Shown here: positions 29,956 through 40,709 of the stretch, piece after piece
How the letters are laid out: each line of letters starts with the position of its first letter
Numbering within the stretch: position 1 is the stretch's first letter
DNA from: an uncultured Candidatus Saccharibacteria bacterium
GTDB taxonomy: Bacteria; Patescibacteriota; Saccharimonadia; Saccharimonadales; Saccharimonadaceae
DNA length: 64,000 bases
Reading direction: 5' to 3'
NCBI GenBank assembly: GCA_937915225.1
Contig: CALDNO010000002.1
Coordinates: 75,911-139,910, forward strand
The notes under the pieces: model-generated
The model's database searches: none
Told to the model about the DNA's origin: nothing
The model's input: only the letters and a program-made list of their open reading frames with translations
Position numbers and translations under genes: made by a program

Positions 29956-30573
29956 CTATAACTGTTTTCGACCTTCTAGTGCGTGAGTCAGTGTAATTTG
30001 GTCTGCGTACTCGAGGTCAACGCCGACTGGAATACCTCTAGCTAAGCGTGTGATAGTCGTATTCAATCCAGCTTCCTGGATGTAGCGCTGTAAGAATAGC
30101 GCGGTCGACTCGCCCTCAACTGAAGCGTTCGTAGCGATGATAATCTCCTGAACGTCGTCGGTTTTTATGCGCTCAATTAGTTCTGGGATATGCAATTGCT
30201 CTGGTCCAATATTATCAATTGGTGAGATAACGCCACCCAGCACGTGATATGTTCCTGTAAATTGCCCTGTTCTTTCTATAGCGACAATGTCCAGCGGTTC
30301 CTCGACTACACAGACGAGCTTTTTATTTCTATTTGCGTCCGCATATAAAGGCGATACATCGTCATCTGAGTCGATGAGCGCAAACGTCTTCGGACAAGTC
30401 TTTACATGGTCATGTAGGCGATCTAACGAATGCGCCAACTGTTTGGCGGATTTGGGGTTGCGGCGTAAAACCGCGTAGGCATATCTTTCAGCCGTACGCG
30501 GTCCAACTCCGGGTAAATTACCAAAATCATCAATTAAGGCCGTCAACGCCTTTGGTAAAATATCGATAGACAT
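29956..30573 (-). CDS. recR: Recombination mediator RecR
   Basis: LPGVGPRTAER, YHVLGG, EGESTA, RLARGIPVG. Confidence 0.95.
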   Translation of the reverse strand: MSIDILPKALTALIDDFGNLPGVGPRTAERYAYAVLRRNPKSAKQLAHSLDRLHDHVKTCPKTFALIDSDDDVSPLYADANRNKKLVCVVEEPLDIVAIERTGQFTGTYHVLGGVISPIDNIGPEQLHIPELIERIKTDDVQEIIIATNASVEGESTALFLQRYIQEAGLNTTITRLARGIPVGVDLEYADQITLTHALEGRKQL

Positions 30574-30577
30574 AATC

Positions 30578-30868
30578 TTAGAATGGTAAATTGCCCAAGC
30601 CGCCCATCAATGGCTTCATAGTTTCAGCAGCGACTTCCTGAGCCTTTGTCATGCCGTCGCGAACTGCGATTTCGATCCAGTGCTCCAACTCTTCGATATT
30701 CTCCAAGTCGACCATTTCTGGGTCAATCTTTACAGACTTAATTTTTAATTCACCAGTAATTTGTACAATTACCGCGCCATCGCCAGCTTCAACTTCGATG
30801 ATTTCTTTGCCTAATTGTTTCTGTGCTTTGCGTAATTGTTGCAGCATTTTTACCTGATCAAACGCCAT
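30578..30868 (-). CDS. YbaB/EbfC nucleoid-associated protein
   Basis: AGDGAVIVQITG..IDP pattern; adjacent to recR. Confidence 0.9.
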   Translation of the reverse strand: MAFDQVKMLQQLRKAQKQLGKEIIEVEAGDGAVIVQITGELKIKSVKIDPEMVDLENIEELEHWIEIAVRDGMTKAQEVAAETMKPLMGGLGNLPF

Positions 30869-30900
30869 ATTCCTCCTTATTTAACACTTACAATTATACC

Positions 30901-32361
30901 TTATTTCCTGTCGGATGTGTAGATATAGAATCGGTCGCCGTCTTTATGATCGTTCACCAAAATGGACGATACGTGGCCTTGATAGCTCTTAGGAACTTGT
31001 GATTTTGCGGAGTGGCTAACATATAGTGTCTGTCCTATGTTTGCTGGCGCTGTTGTAATAATCGATATTCGGGGGTAATTATGCTTTTTAAGAGCTTCGT
31101 AAATTGGTAACTCTTCCTTGCTGACTAATAACGAGAATGAATCCGTCGGAGCGGTATTTTTGCGAAGTAAAGACAAGTCCTTATTAAAGCGAGAAGCTGC
31201 CTCTGGGAAATAACGGTAGCTGTCAATATAGCGGAAGCTGCCGCCCACCACCATAACGATAATTAGCATTGATATAAGAACCAGTCCTGTGCCGCGAGCG
31301 TATGGATTGCGCGGGAAAAGTCCGTACCACATATTCATCAGGGACTCCAATCCGACCGCCAAGAGAATGAATAGCGGGATGATGATTATTGGGGTGAGGC
31401 TTGGCTGAAAGATGAGTAGTGCCAATGCTAAGATTAGCCACGACCAAATCATAAACGAGCGGGCGCTGGAGATTTTTTGGAAGCTGCGGAATAGTCCTAG
31501 CCCTATTAACACCATTGCGTTGATGTCCATAATTGGTGTGATTTGGTTCCCTACGACTGATGGGAAAATGCGGATGTATGTGTAATATAAAGTCCTGAGG
31601 TTTGCAACGATGTCAAAACTTAGGCTGTTGATGCCGATGAGGTTGTAAAATAGCGCGTGGGATTTATAGCAAAGAAAACCAATCGCACAGCCAATCGTGA
31701 ATAAAATAGCGGACGGCACAATCCAAGATTTACGATGTTTTCGGGAGATGAGGAAATAGCGTGGGTGTGGATGCAGGAGGGCTATGATCAGAAGTCCCAG
31801 ATTGATATACCAAAAATACGGAGTGAAGAGGCTGAGCGCCGTGGTGATGGCTAAGCTGATTCGCCAAATGGAAGCGTTCTGGGCTTTCTGGAGAATTAAT
31901 GTAGAAAAAAGTAAAGTTAGCGCGGTGTAAAAGATGTATAAAATGCCAACAGTTGCGCTTTGTCCGATGAATAAGAATTGTCCAGTTGTTGCCATGATTA
32001 ATAGCGACAGAATTGTCGTGGACGGCTTAAACCAGCGTTTTAAGAGGAAGAAAATAGCGACGGAGCTGGCGATTGAAAGGATTACGGCGGGCGCTTTAAT
32101 TGTTAATAAACTGACGCCAAATAGCTTGAAGAATAGCAATTGAAGAAGGTGAAATGGCAAATTTGTGACGGCGATTCCTTCGACGCTAAAATTCAAGTGA
32201 TTTGTCGTATTGACCATGTCGATTTCTGCTTGCGACAAACCCCCTGGCACGTGTAACGCAGAAATTATAATAGCCCCTACATACAACAGCGCCAGCAACG
32301 TATAGCCGAAAACGTAGCGCCATCGGTAAAGGAATATATCGGTAACTTTTTGCTTTTTCAT
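30901..32361 (-). CDS. Multi-pass membrane protein, possibly GT-C (ArnT/PMT-like) glycosyltransferase
   Basis: About 11-12 TM segments; PFHLL..FG.S....KAP..I pattern resembles GT-C N-terminal region. Confidence 0.55.
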   Translation of the reverse strand: MKKQKVTDIFLYRWRYVFGYTLLALLYVGAIIISALHVPGGLSQAEIDMVNTTNHLNFSVEGIAVTNLPFHLLQLLFFKLFGVSLLTIKAPAVILSIASSVAIFFLLKRWFKPSTTILSLLIMATTGQFLFIGQSATVGILYIFYTALTLLFSTLILQKAQNASIWRISLAITTALSLFTPYFWYINLGLLIIALLHPHPRYFLISRKHRKSWIVPSAILFTIGCAIGFLCYKSHALFYNLIGINSLSFDIVANLRTLYYTYIRIFPSVVGNQITPIMDINAMVLIGLGLFRSFQKISSARSFMIWSWLILALALLIFQPSLTPIIIIPLFILLAVGLESLMNMWYGLFPRNPYARGTGLVLISMLIIVMVVGGSFRYIDSYRYFPEAASRFNKDLSLLRKNTAPTDSFSLLVSKEELPIYEALKKHNYPRISIITTAPANIGQTLYVSHSAKSQVPKSYQGHVSSILVNDHKDGDRFYIYTSDRK

Positions 32362-32382
32362 TGGTATGATTATAACACAATT

Positions 32383-33735
32383 CTATTCATGCTTGCGATC
32401 CAGACTCATAAAGCGTAGGCGCTCTGGGTGGAAGTATAATTGAACTTTACCGACTGGACCGTTACGGTGCTTAGCGATGATGAGGTCTGTAATATTCTGA
32501 ACTTCTGGGTTATCAGGCTCGTAATATCCGGGGCGATAAATAAAACTCACGATGTCGGCATCCTGCTCAATGGAACCAGATTCACGCAGGTCGGCTAGTT
32601 GCGGAATTGGCGGCGTACGAGATTCGACAGAACGGCTCAACTGGCTCAGGGCAATTAGTGGCACATTCAATTCGCGAGCAATAAGCTTCAGCCCGCGTGA
32701 AATTTCCGAAACTTCCTGAACGCGGTTCCCGTTGTGGTTTCCGTTGGCCTGCATAAGCTGCAAATAGTCGACGATGATTAATCCTAATGGATTCTCATGA
32801 GCAATTCGACGCGCTTTAGTCCGCATTTCCAAAACCGACAGTCCTGGTGTGTCATCAATGTAAATTGGCGCCTCAGCCATTTCTCCCATAGCCTCAGACA
32901 GCTTTGCAAAATCTTCATCGCTCAGATTTCCGGTGCGAATATTCCAGCTATCAACTCCCGACGCATCCGCCAGCATACGGTCGACCAGCTGCTCCTTGCT
33001 CATCTCTAGGCTGAAGAATAGGACGGGATTTTTCTCAATCGTCGCCACGTTATAAGCCAGATTCGTCACTAGTGTCGTTTTACCCATAGCTGGGCGCGCC
33101 GCCAGAATGATCAAATCTGATTTTTGCAAGCCAGCGGTCATATTGTCTAGATCGCGATAGCCAGTACGAACTCCCCTGAGAGAACCTTTATTCTTACTGA
33201 GTTCTTCAATTCGGTCAAAGCTATCCGTCAGAATACTTTCCAGACTGACCAAATCTTGCTTGGTTGATTGGTCTGATACGCTGAAAAGTTCAGCTTCGGC
33301 CTTCTCTAATAATTCCTGCGTGGTCGTCGATTCGTCATAGCCAAGCTCGGAAATATCACCACTCGCTTTTATCAGACGCCTGCGAACCGCTGCTTGCGCA
33401 ATCATTTCCGCGTAAGCCGATGCGTGCGCTGCCGTTGGGACGTAGTTCGTTAGCTCTGTCAGATATGCCGATCCGCCAACCAATTCTAGCTCGTCCTTTC
33501 GCTTCAACTCGTCGGTTAAGGTCAGAAGGTCGACAGGCTTGTGTTTTTCAAATAGCCGCATCATTCCAGCAAAAATCAATCCGTGATTCTTGTCGTAAAA
33601 ATCGCTAGGGTGAGTAATTTCTGCGGCGTCCGCCAAAACTTCCTCGTCAATTAAAACCGCCCCAAGCAAACTCTTTTCCGCGTCCAAATTTTGTGGCGGT
33701 ATCTTCCCTTTTACTTCTTCACTTTTATCTGCCAT
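32383..33735 (-). CDS. dnaB: Replicative DNA helicase
   Basis: AARPAMGKT, FSLEM, DYLQL, LSQLSR, DLRESGSIEQDAD, AKHRNG. Confidence 0.98.
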   Translation of the reverse strand: MADKSEEVKGKIPPQNLDAEKSLLGAVLIDEEVLADAAEITHPSDFYDKNHGLIFAGMMRLFEKHKPVDLLTLTDELKRKDELELVGGSAYLTELTNYVPTAAHASAYAEMIAQAAVRRRLIKASGDISELGYDESTTTQELLEKAEAELFSVSDQSTKQDLVSLESILTDSFDRIEELSKNKGSLRGVRTGYRDLDNMTAGLQKSDLIILAARPAMGKTTLVTNLAYNVATIEKNPVLFFSLEMSKEQLVDRMLADASGVDSWNIRTGNLSDEDFAKLSEAMGEMAEAPIYIDDTPGLSVLEMRTKARRIAHENPLGLIIVDYLQLMQANGNHNGNRVQEVSEISRGLKLIARELNVPLIALSQLSRSVESRTPPIPQLADLRESGSIEQDADIVSFIYRPGYYEPDNPEVQNITDLIIAKHRNGPVGKVQLYFHPERLRFMSLDRKHE

Positions 33736-35183
33736 TAAATATCCTCCAGCTTAACTTCTTCGCCGCCACCCATTAATTCTGCAATTTCCGCCAATTTTTC
33801 GTTCTCTGGCGGTTTCTTCTCTCCAATTATATCAATTTCCAAATCCATCGCGGTTTCTTCTGAGATAATTTCTGAGATCAATGGTTTGTTTTTTGCGTCG
33901 TCCAGCTTTTTCTTATAAAACGCGGAACCTGCGTAAATTGTCAATTTTTCACCGTCAAACGACCACTGGCTTTTCTGCAATAATGACGCCAGTCCGAGGG
34001 ATTTTTCCTTCGCTCTTTCAATGACTTTTTCCCAATTTAGCTCTAGTGGCGCGTCAGTTTTCTTTGGTTTTGCGGTGGTTTTTTTTGCTGGCTCGGCTGG
34101 CTTTTCTTCTTTTTTAATCGGCTTTTCGGTCGGTTTTGCTGGCTCTGCGGGCTTAATTGGTGTTGGTTTTTCGGCGGGTTTTTGGGGTGCAGTTTGAGTT
34201 GTATTTTTCTTTGGCGCAACTGACTTTTCTGCCGGCTGAGAATTGCCATTCATGAATATCGTCAATAATTTCAAGTCTGGGTGCGGGTGTCGATCAACCT
34301 CGATCAGTTGCTGAACCAACCCAATAAGATTCGGATTTTTTCGTAACCTATTGCGAGCAATCGACAATAATTGATGTGACACGATAATTGAATTCGCGCC
34401 ACTATTTTCTAATTCCTGAAAGATGTTTAAGACTTTCTCGTTGTCGTCGGATGGATATGAATCCAACAAATTGCCGAGCATCGTCGCGTCGCTAAGCCCC
34501 AAATATTCGGTAACCATATTCGCCGTCAGTGGCTGGTCTGATGTTGCTAAAATCGACAATTGGTCAAGCGCACTAATGCCGTCACGGAATCCGCCACGGG
34601 AACGTTCAGCGATTAACCTGGCAGCATCCTCTTCAATTGCAAATCCTTCTTTTTTCGCTATATTCATTAACTGGCGCGTCATAATTTCCGTCGGAATTGG
34701 GCGGAAGAAAAATTGCTGGACACGGCTAAGAATGGTGGCTGGAAGTTTGTCGGCGTCGGTTGTAGCTAAGATAAACACCACGTGCTCTGGCGGTTCTTCC
34801 AGGGTTTTTAATAGCGCGTTAAATGCTGATTTTGACAGCATGTGGACTTCGTCGATGATATAGACTTTTTTTGGCGCAGAAACAGGCGCGACTTGAGCTT
34901 TTTCCCTTAAAGCGCGAATGTCGTCGACGCCGTTATTGCTGGCTGCGTCAATTTCAATAATATCCAAGTTTGAAGAATCGTCATCATATGGCAAGTGGTT
35001 AATCTCGTGCGCCAGAATTCGCGCTACGCTGGTTTTTCCCACGCCACGCGGTCCAGTCAACAAGTACGCATGAGCAATTTTTCCCTGCTCTAACGCTCGA
35101 CGTAAAATACTAGTCACGTGATCTTGACCTAAAACTTCATCCAAACTGCGACTGCGATATTTACGATATAGCGCCTGACTCAT
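33735..35183 (-). CDS. dnaX: DNA polymerase III gamma/tau
   Basis: ALYRKYR, GPRGVGKT, EIDAASN, IIDEVHML, LKTLEEPP. Confidence 0.97.
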   Translation of the reverse strand: MSQALYRKYRSRSLDEVLGQDHVTSILRRALEQGKIAHAYLLTGPRGVGKTSVARILAHEINHLPYDDDSSNLDIIEIDAASNNGVDDIRALREKAQVAPVSAPKKVYIIDEVHMLSKSAFNALLKTLEEPPEHVVFILATTDADKLPATILSRVQQFFFRPIPTEIMTRQLMNIAKKEGFAIEEDAARLIAERSRGGFRDGISALDQLSILATSDQPLTANMVTEYLGLSDATMLGNLLDSYPSDDNEKVLNIFQELENSGANSIIVSHQLLSIARNRLRKNPNLIGLVQQLIEVDRHPHPDLKLLTIFMNGNSQPAEKSVAPKKNTTQTAPQKPAEKPTPIKPAEPAKPTEKPIKKEEKPAEPAKKTTAKPKKTDAPLELNWEKVIERAKEKSLGLASLLQKSQWSFDGEKLTIYAGSAFYKKKLDDAKNKPLISEIISEETAMDLEIDIIGEKKPPENEKLAEIAELMGGGEEVKLEDI

Positions 35184-35225
35184 TACTTATGTATTATAGC
35201 GCAAAGTGCGGGATTAGTAAGCCTC

Positions 35226-35972
35226 TTAGTAGTCAGGAATGGGAACTTCTTCGCCGCTTTCTAAAATCATGGTCTTTCTCGGCCACAGTTCTATCGGCTC
35301 ATCAATGTACGGCAAGTCGGTCGCTTTTGCGATAGCTAGCATAACCATGTCTATCGGTGCATGTAAAGCTCGGCGGCGAGACTTATGATCTGTCAGCGGT
35401 ATAATCCCTATACGCTGCTGTATAGTCAATGGGGCCACACAGGGTAACATGGATCTGTTCGTTTTGAGGTGCATATGCGTCTAGATCGGTAGGCCATGGT
35501 TCGTAATGAATTCCTACTGGTAATAAGTTGGGTTTCACCCCCCTATGCTTGCTCCAAATAAAATCCGCGATGCGCCCGTTCGGCCTTTGGTAACTTGAGC
35601 ACTGCCTGTGTATGCGCCTTCTGGAAAGATGAGTAGTGAGCGTCCGTCAAGCAATACTTGTTTGGCCATTTTGAGTCCGACTTCTAAATATTCTTTGCCA
35701 CCGTGCACCTCGAGCGGTATAGTGTGTAGTGCATTTTCTATCACTAGTCGCCGCACTGCCGTGTACACAGAACTATTTTTATGCGCCAATCGCGAGCTGA
35801 TAACAACATCGCAGTCTTCAGGCAGGCTTGCTGGTATAGCAAAGATGTCACGCATGCAGGCACGATTTGCTACGAATACATTTGGTCCTTCTGGTATGTC
35901 GTCAAAGCCGTGAGTGGTAATGGTCATTTCCCGGCCCATGGTCTGTAAGAGCGGTTTCTTTCCCCTGTTCAT
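35226..35972 (-). pseudogene. PlsC-like acyltransferase, degraded
   Basis: VFVANRACMRD (NHx4D with H to R), IFPEG, GRTGA; continues in shifted frame (LLPVGIHY..VTLCGPIDY) after G6 at 35538-35543, second shift near 35390. Confidence 0.75.
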
Positions 35973-36577
35973 GCCTGCCTCGCTTTCAAGGTATTTTTAA
36001 CAATGCGTGCCACTAAGCGGTGACCTTTTGTTGAAAAATGAATACCATCAGATAGCGGTATGAACGGTAGCTCAATGTACTCACCAAGCGCCTCCTTACT
36101 TTGTAAGATACCTTGTCGTATAGCTTCTGATTGTTCCGTGAACTCTGGACCAGAATCTTCGCCAGTTGAAAATACTGGTGGCAAGAGGTATATGACGTCG
36201 GCGCTGTCAACTAGCTTTTGATAATTCGTCAAATCTTGGATGATAGCTCGCGCCGTCCTACCGTATTGCTGCTGTAAATCATTGGTGCCAAGGGCGATGA
36301 TGATAGTATCTACATTGCCAGCTTGCTGGAGGGCTTTCGTAAAAGCTTGCTTGCCATTCTTGTGCGGCTTTGCCTTACAGAAATCTCCTGCCACGCGGCC
36401 CGATACGCCGTCGGCGATGATATGCGCTTTGCCTCGCAGTTCCTGCTTCAGGCGGTTGACCCACCGGTCGCTGTATCGTACTCGTGATCCAACGAGATTG
36501 TCTCCCCAGACATTAGAATCGCCGTAAATAAAAATTCGCTTAATGCTGCTAGTTGTTTGATTTTGTTTCCTGATCAT
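35969..36577 (-). CDS. SGNH/GDSL hydrolase
   Basis: GDSN, GVSG, LGTND, DGIH blocks. Confidence 0.9.
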   Translation of the reverse strand: MIRKQNQTTSSIKRIFIYGDSNVWGDNLVGSRVRYSDRWVNRLKQELRGKAHIIADGVSGRVAGDFCKAKPHKNGKQAFTKALQQAGNVDTIIIALGTNDLQQQYGRTARAIIQDLTNYQKLVDSADVIYLLPPVFSTGEDSGPEFTEQSEAIRQGILQSKEALGEYIELPFIPLSDGIHFSTKGHRLVARIVKNTLKARQA

Positions 36578-36626
36578 ACTAAACTCCGTGTTTCTGCAAA
36601 TAGTGTAATACAATATGCCGGGTTGG

Positions 36627-37502
36627 TCAAAACAACGCCAGCTGCGTGCTGGGTATTTCTATGTCAATGATGCCGTCAACTTTTTGCGCCCGATAGCCAA
36701 TAAGCTTTTTGATGTTGTAAGCCAGCAGCTGACCATCGTAATCAGTGATGACAATTGAGCCGATGACGCTGCGTACATGTCCAGCCAATTGACTGTAATC
36801 CTTCATTAAAACGACATGCGACAGATCAACACCAGCGGTTTGAAAATAATCTTCGCAAGGAATTAGCTCGGATTTCGGAAACGACACGCCAATTTTCTGC
36901 TCAATTTCAAGTAATTTTTGTCGCAATTCCCTTTCGCCGGCTGCACGGTCAAAAGGTAGTTTTATCAATTCCATCTTTTTGTGAACTGGTAGAGTTTCAG
37001 CTATTCTGTCCAACTTGGAAATTTTCGCCTCGTACTGCCTGGCGATCAATGCCGAAGAAAACGTTTCTAATTTTATGGCTAATCGCGCCCCCTGTTCCAA
37101 TAATCTCCGAATTCCGCGCTCTTCTTGCGAGATTCCAACTTTTATGACGTTTGGTGCGAAGTACGCCAAGTAAACAAAGTGCGGATTTTGATTGATTTTT
37201 TCCTGCTGAGCGGAAACCGAATTGGCGTTGTAAAATGCTGGATTGAAGCCGGTTTTATCGCGGCATTTTAAGCAATTTTCATACTTTTCATCAACTGTAG
37301 CATGGTCTGGGCAGATTTGACTACAGTGATTTTCAAAGTCCACCCAACCTGTGCAGTATTTGACAGAAAAATCAAACTCAAAAGACAAATCTTGTTCGAA
37401 CAATTCATGGCGCTCAATTTTATCGCCAACTTGACATTCGACGAATGGCTTATTGTCAGCGTTAAAACTGGCGTAACTGAGCAAAAATTCGCTCGGTAGC
37501 AT
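36627..37502 (-). CDS. DUF2797-like protein
   Basis: Cys cluster, PHFVYLA, KVGIS, RLLEQGA. Confidence 0.75.
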   Translation of the reverse strand: MLPSEFLLSYASFNADNKPFVECQVGDKIERHELFEQDLSFEFDFSVKYCTGWVDFENHCSQICPDHATVDEKYENCLKCRDKTGFNPAFYNANSVSAQQEKINQNPHFVYLAYFAPNVIKVGISQEERGIRRLLEQGARLAIKLETFSSALIARQYEAKISKLDRIAETLPVHKKMELIKLPFDRAAGERELRQKLLEIEQKIGVSFPKSELIPCEDYFQTAGVDLSHVVLMKDYSQLAGHVRSVIGSIVITDYDGQLLAYNIKKLIGYRAQKVDGIIDIEIPSTQLALF

Positions 37503-37507
37503 AATAT

Positions 37508-38023
37508 TTACAATGCAGCTTCAACTGCAGCCCAAGTTGCGTCAGGATTGTCTTCAGGGATGATGATTGTAACTTGGTCGCCGACGTTAATTCGGAAGTA
37601 AGTTACACTAGCAAGCAAAATACGATATTCGCGACCAGAAGCCTCGACGTAGTAAATTCCGTCGTGCTGAACAAGCGTTCCGATGACTTGCTTTCGCGGT
37701 ACAGGGCCAATTTGCTTATAAATAAAGCTGCCGTCTTCAGCGATTGTCAATTTCATCAAGTCGCCTTCAACCAGCTTCGACTTTGAAGCGTAGTTGGCTG
37801 GGATTGGGTAATTTTTGCCGTCAGGACTGAGCATCATTTGCCCATCAAATACACCCTCGATAATCTTTCCCGCTACATTATCTGACGAAGTTTTTGGTGT
37901 AACAACTTGACCGTCGTCGCCAATAATACTAATCAATAATTCTTTTGCGGCAGCTAAATTAGTCTCCGCCTCTTGAATAAGTGTCCTCAGACGCTTAATT
38001 TGCTTTTCTGGTAATTCAGACAT
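37508..38023 (-). CDS. Hypothetical protein
   Basis: 171-aa ORF, IEGVFDGQ..YPIPANYASKSKLVEGD; function not recognised. Confidence 0.75.
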   Translation of the reverse strand: MSELPEKQIKRLRTLIQEAETNLAAAKELLISIIGDDGQVVTPKTSSDNVAGKIIEGVFDGQMMLSPDGKNYPIPANYASKSKLVEGDLMKLTIAEDGSFIYKQIGPVPRKQVIGTLVQHDGIYYVEASGREYRILLASVTYFRINVGDQVTIIIPEDNPDATWAAVEAAL

Positions 38024-38273
38024 GGTTCTCGCAATTCCTTTGTCTATTTTTTATAATACTTAACTAATATATAGCATATCCTTACATTTATATCAAGTCG
38101 TGTCATCTAATTTTCTCTGATTTTCCACAGCGCTATAAGATATGAATAAAAAAGTGTTGCAAATTTTACTCTTGAAAATGATGTGTGGTTCGTGATATTA
38201 AGATTGGCTACATAAAAATCACCGCCCAGAGCGGACGGTGATTAAACGAAACAAATTGGCGTTATATAACAAA

Positions 38274-38651
38274 TTATGAAAGTTCGACAGTAGCGCCAGC
38301 GTCTTCCAAAGTTTTCTTTGCAGCTTCAGCTTCGTCTTTAGAAACTTTTTCCTTGACTGGTGCTGGAGCGCCGTCAACGATAGCTTTTGCTTCACCTAGA
38401 CCTAGGCCAGTGATTTCCTTAACAGCCTTGATGACTGCAACCTTCTGAGAACCAGCGTCTTTCAAAGTAACTGTGAACTCAGTTTTTTCGTCAGCAGCAG
38501 CGGCGTCACCACCAGCAGCTGGACCAGCAACAGCGACAGCTGCAGCAGCTGGCTCGATGCCGTATTCTTCTTTAAGATGATTTTTCAATTCGTTAACTTC
38601 TAGAACTGTCAATTTTACAAGTTCTTCAGCCAATTTCTTAATATCAGCCAT
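38274..38651 (-). CDS. rplL: 50S ribosomal protein L7/L12
   Basis: [22 protein letters not shown]. Confidence 0.98.
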   Translation of the reverse strand: MADIKKLAEELVKLTVLEVNELKNHLKEEYGIEPAAAAVAVAGPAAGGDAAAADEKTEFTVTLKDAGSQKVAVIKAVKEITGLGLGEAKAIVDGAPAPVKEKVSKDEAEAAKKTLEDAGATVELS

Positions 38652-38716
38652 TGATATTCTCCTTTATTATTATATTGTTGCGATGATTGCAACGTTACTA
38701 GTGTTGATTGCTAAAC

Positions 38717-39241
38717 TTAAGCAGCAGCTTTGGCTTCGATGCCGTCCAAAAGTCCGTGCAAATTGCCGCCAAGCGCGTTGACCGTGTCGTGTACTGGTGA
38801 TAGCAATTGTGATACCACTTGAGCAACGAGCTGGTCTTTGCTTGGTAGACCTGCCAATGCTTTAACGTCAGCTTCGCTAATTGCCAAGCCTTCACCTGAG
38901 AAGCCACCTGCAAGTTGTAATGCTGGATGTGTTTTTGCAAACGTGTCCAATACCTTTGCTGGCATAACTTCATCTTCGCTACTTACGGCGTAAACCAATT
39001 GACCAACCAATAAGCTGGTGTCGGTTTCTTTGTAAGTATCGATTTCCTGAAGAGCTACGCGTACCAATCGGTTTTTAACAACCTTGATGGTAACGCCCGC
39101 TTCGCGAGCTGCCTTGCGTAGTTCTTGTAGGTCGGCAACGGTAAGGGTTTGATATCGAGCAAAAGCCGTACCCTTAGCGTCTTTTAATAGCTCTGTCAGT
39201 TCAGCAACCAAAGTTTGTTTTTTATCGCGTGAAATTGCCAT
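38717..39241 (-). CDS. rplJ: 50S ribosomal protein L10
   Basis: LRKAAR..VVKNRL, LAGLPSK; upstream of rplL. Confidence 0.96.
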   Translation of the reverse strand: MAISRDKKQTLVAELTELLKDAKGTAFARYQTLTVADLQELRKAAREAGVTIKVVKNRLVRVALQEIDTYKETDTSLLVGQLVYAVSSEDEVMPAKVLDTFAKTHPALQLAGGFSGEGLAISEADVKALAGLPSKDQLVAQVVSQLLSPVHDTVNALGGNLHGLLDGIEAKAAA

Positions 39242-39302
39242 AAAAATCCTTTCTTTGATTGAGTTAATTTGTTATGTGCCAATTTGTTAACGTGCGGTAA
39301 TG

Positions 39303-39421
39303 GAGAATCAAAAAACGTCTTTGATTCTCGCACTACCAAAGACGTCAAATAAAACTGTTAGTTTCATCCCTCGGTGGCATTTTTACACTTGTTTTACGTC
39401 AAGTCGCCACTGTCTTTGGTA
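39303..39421 (-). promoter_or_regulatory. L10 leader RNA with terminator and antiterminator
   Basis: ACCAAAGACAGTGGC...GCCACCGAGG resembles the L10-leader core; downstream GACGTCTTTGGT/ATCAAAGACGTT hairpin plus T tract. Confidence 0.75.
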
Positions 39422-39571
39422 ATGTTCCAGACTATTGTAGCAGAAATGACAACGAAAAACAAGAGTTATGGCGATTATTTTCCAGCCGATTCAATCGCTT
39501 TATTTATCGCATTTTTGCCTAGCAAAAATCCCGCCAAAATCGACGGGATTTAATTGCCTGAAATATAAAGA

Positions 39572-40579
39572 TTACAGAGAGTTCTCTACTTTAATGCCAG
39601 GGCCCATAGTTGTGGCAATTGCAACGCTCTTAACGTAAACACCCTTTAAGCTGGATGGCTTTTGGGAGTTCAAACTGGTCAAGAATGCGCGTGCGTTTTC
39701 TGACAATTTTTCAGCGCCGAATGATACCTTACCGATTGACAAGTGAACGATGGCTTGCTTATCAACGCGGTATTCAACTTTTCCGGCTTTTGCTTCAGAA
39801 ACGGCTTTAGCGACGTCAGTAGCGACAGTGCCAGACTTTGGATTTGGCATCAAACCGCGTGGACCAAGCAAACGTGCGTATTTACCAAGCTTTGGCATGT
39901 ACTGTGGAGTTGCGACCAAAATGTCGAAGTTCAATTCTTCCTTATCCAATTGGCTTAGGAATTCTTCGTCACCGATGATGTCGGCGCCAGCTTTTTTAGC
40001 GGCAGCGTGCTCTGATTCTGGTGCGAAAACAGCAACTCGAACGTCCTTACCTGTACCGTGTGGCAATGCTACGGTTGAGCGAATGTTTTGGTCGGCTTGG
40101 CGTGGGTCAACGCCTAGGCGGATGTGGATTTCAACGCTAGCATCGAACTTGACTGGGCTGGTTTCAGTAGCCAATTTCAAAGCTTCGTCTAAGCTGTACA
40201 ATTTGTTCTTTTCAACGTTTTTTGCAGCGTCTTGATATTTTTTACCGCGGCGCTCCAAGCGTGGGCGAGTAACTGGCTTTGGACCCTTCTTTACGTGAGC
40301 TTCAGCGTCGTCTGATTGTGGAGTAGTGTCGCCAGCTTCCTTGCGAGCTTCCTTCTCTGCTTTTTCAGCGGCTTCGTCAAGAGCTTTTTGGCTGCGTTTA
40401 CCAGACTTAGCGACAACAGCTTCGCGCTCAGCAACAACGTCTTTGTCTTTGTTGTCGTGAGATTTGTTTGCGTCTGTAGCTTCTGTAATTGCTGCTTCAA
40501 TTTCAGCGATTGTGTTTTTTTCGCTGACTTCTAATTTTAATTCTGCTGCTTTTTCTAGCAACTCGGCTTTCTTTGCCAT
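39572..40579 (-). CDS. rplA: 50S ribosomal protein L1 with long N-terminal extension
   Basis: [35 protein letters not shown]. Confidence 0.97.
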   Translation of the reverse strand: MAKKAELLEKAAELKLEVSEKNTIAEIEAAITEATDANKSHDNKDKDVVAEREAVVAKSGKRSQKALDEAAEKAEKEARKEAGDTTPQSDDAEAHVKKGPKPVTRPRLERRGKKYQDAAKNVEKNKLYSLDEALKLATETSPVKFDASVEIHIRLGVDPRQADQNIRSTVALPHGTGKDVRVAVFAPESEHAAAKKAGADIIGDEEFLSQLDKEELNFDILVATPQYMPKLGKYARLLGPRGLMPNPKSGTVATDVAKAVSEAKAGKVEYRVDKQAIVHLSIGKVSFGAEKLSENARAFLTSLNSQKPSSLKGVYVKSVAIATTMGPGIKVENSL

Positions 40580-40709
40580 AAAAAATCCTTTCTGTGGTAC
40601 GAACGGCAATTTGTCATTTCAACAAATCAGCCTCCCAACATTGATTGATAATGTTGAAATTATACCATATTTTCAGATATTGAGGCAAATGTTTGATAAA
40701 ATAGTAATT

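Noticed and set aside
40464..40709. N-terminal extensions in the ORF track for eno (also cysS, rplM, dus)
   Set aside because: Artefacts of longest-ORF calling; conserved N-termini and -10 boxes mark later starts.
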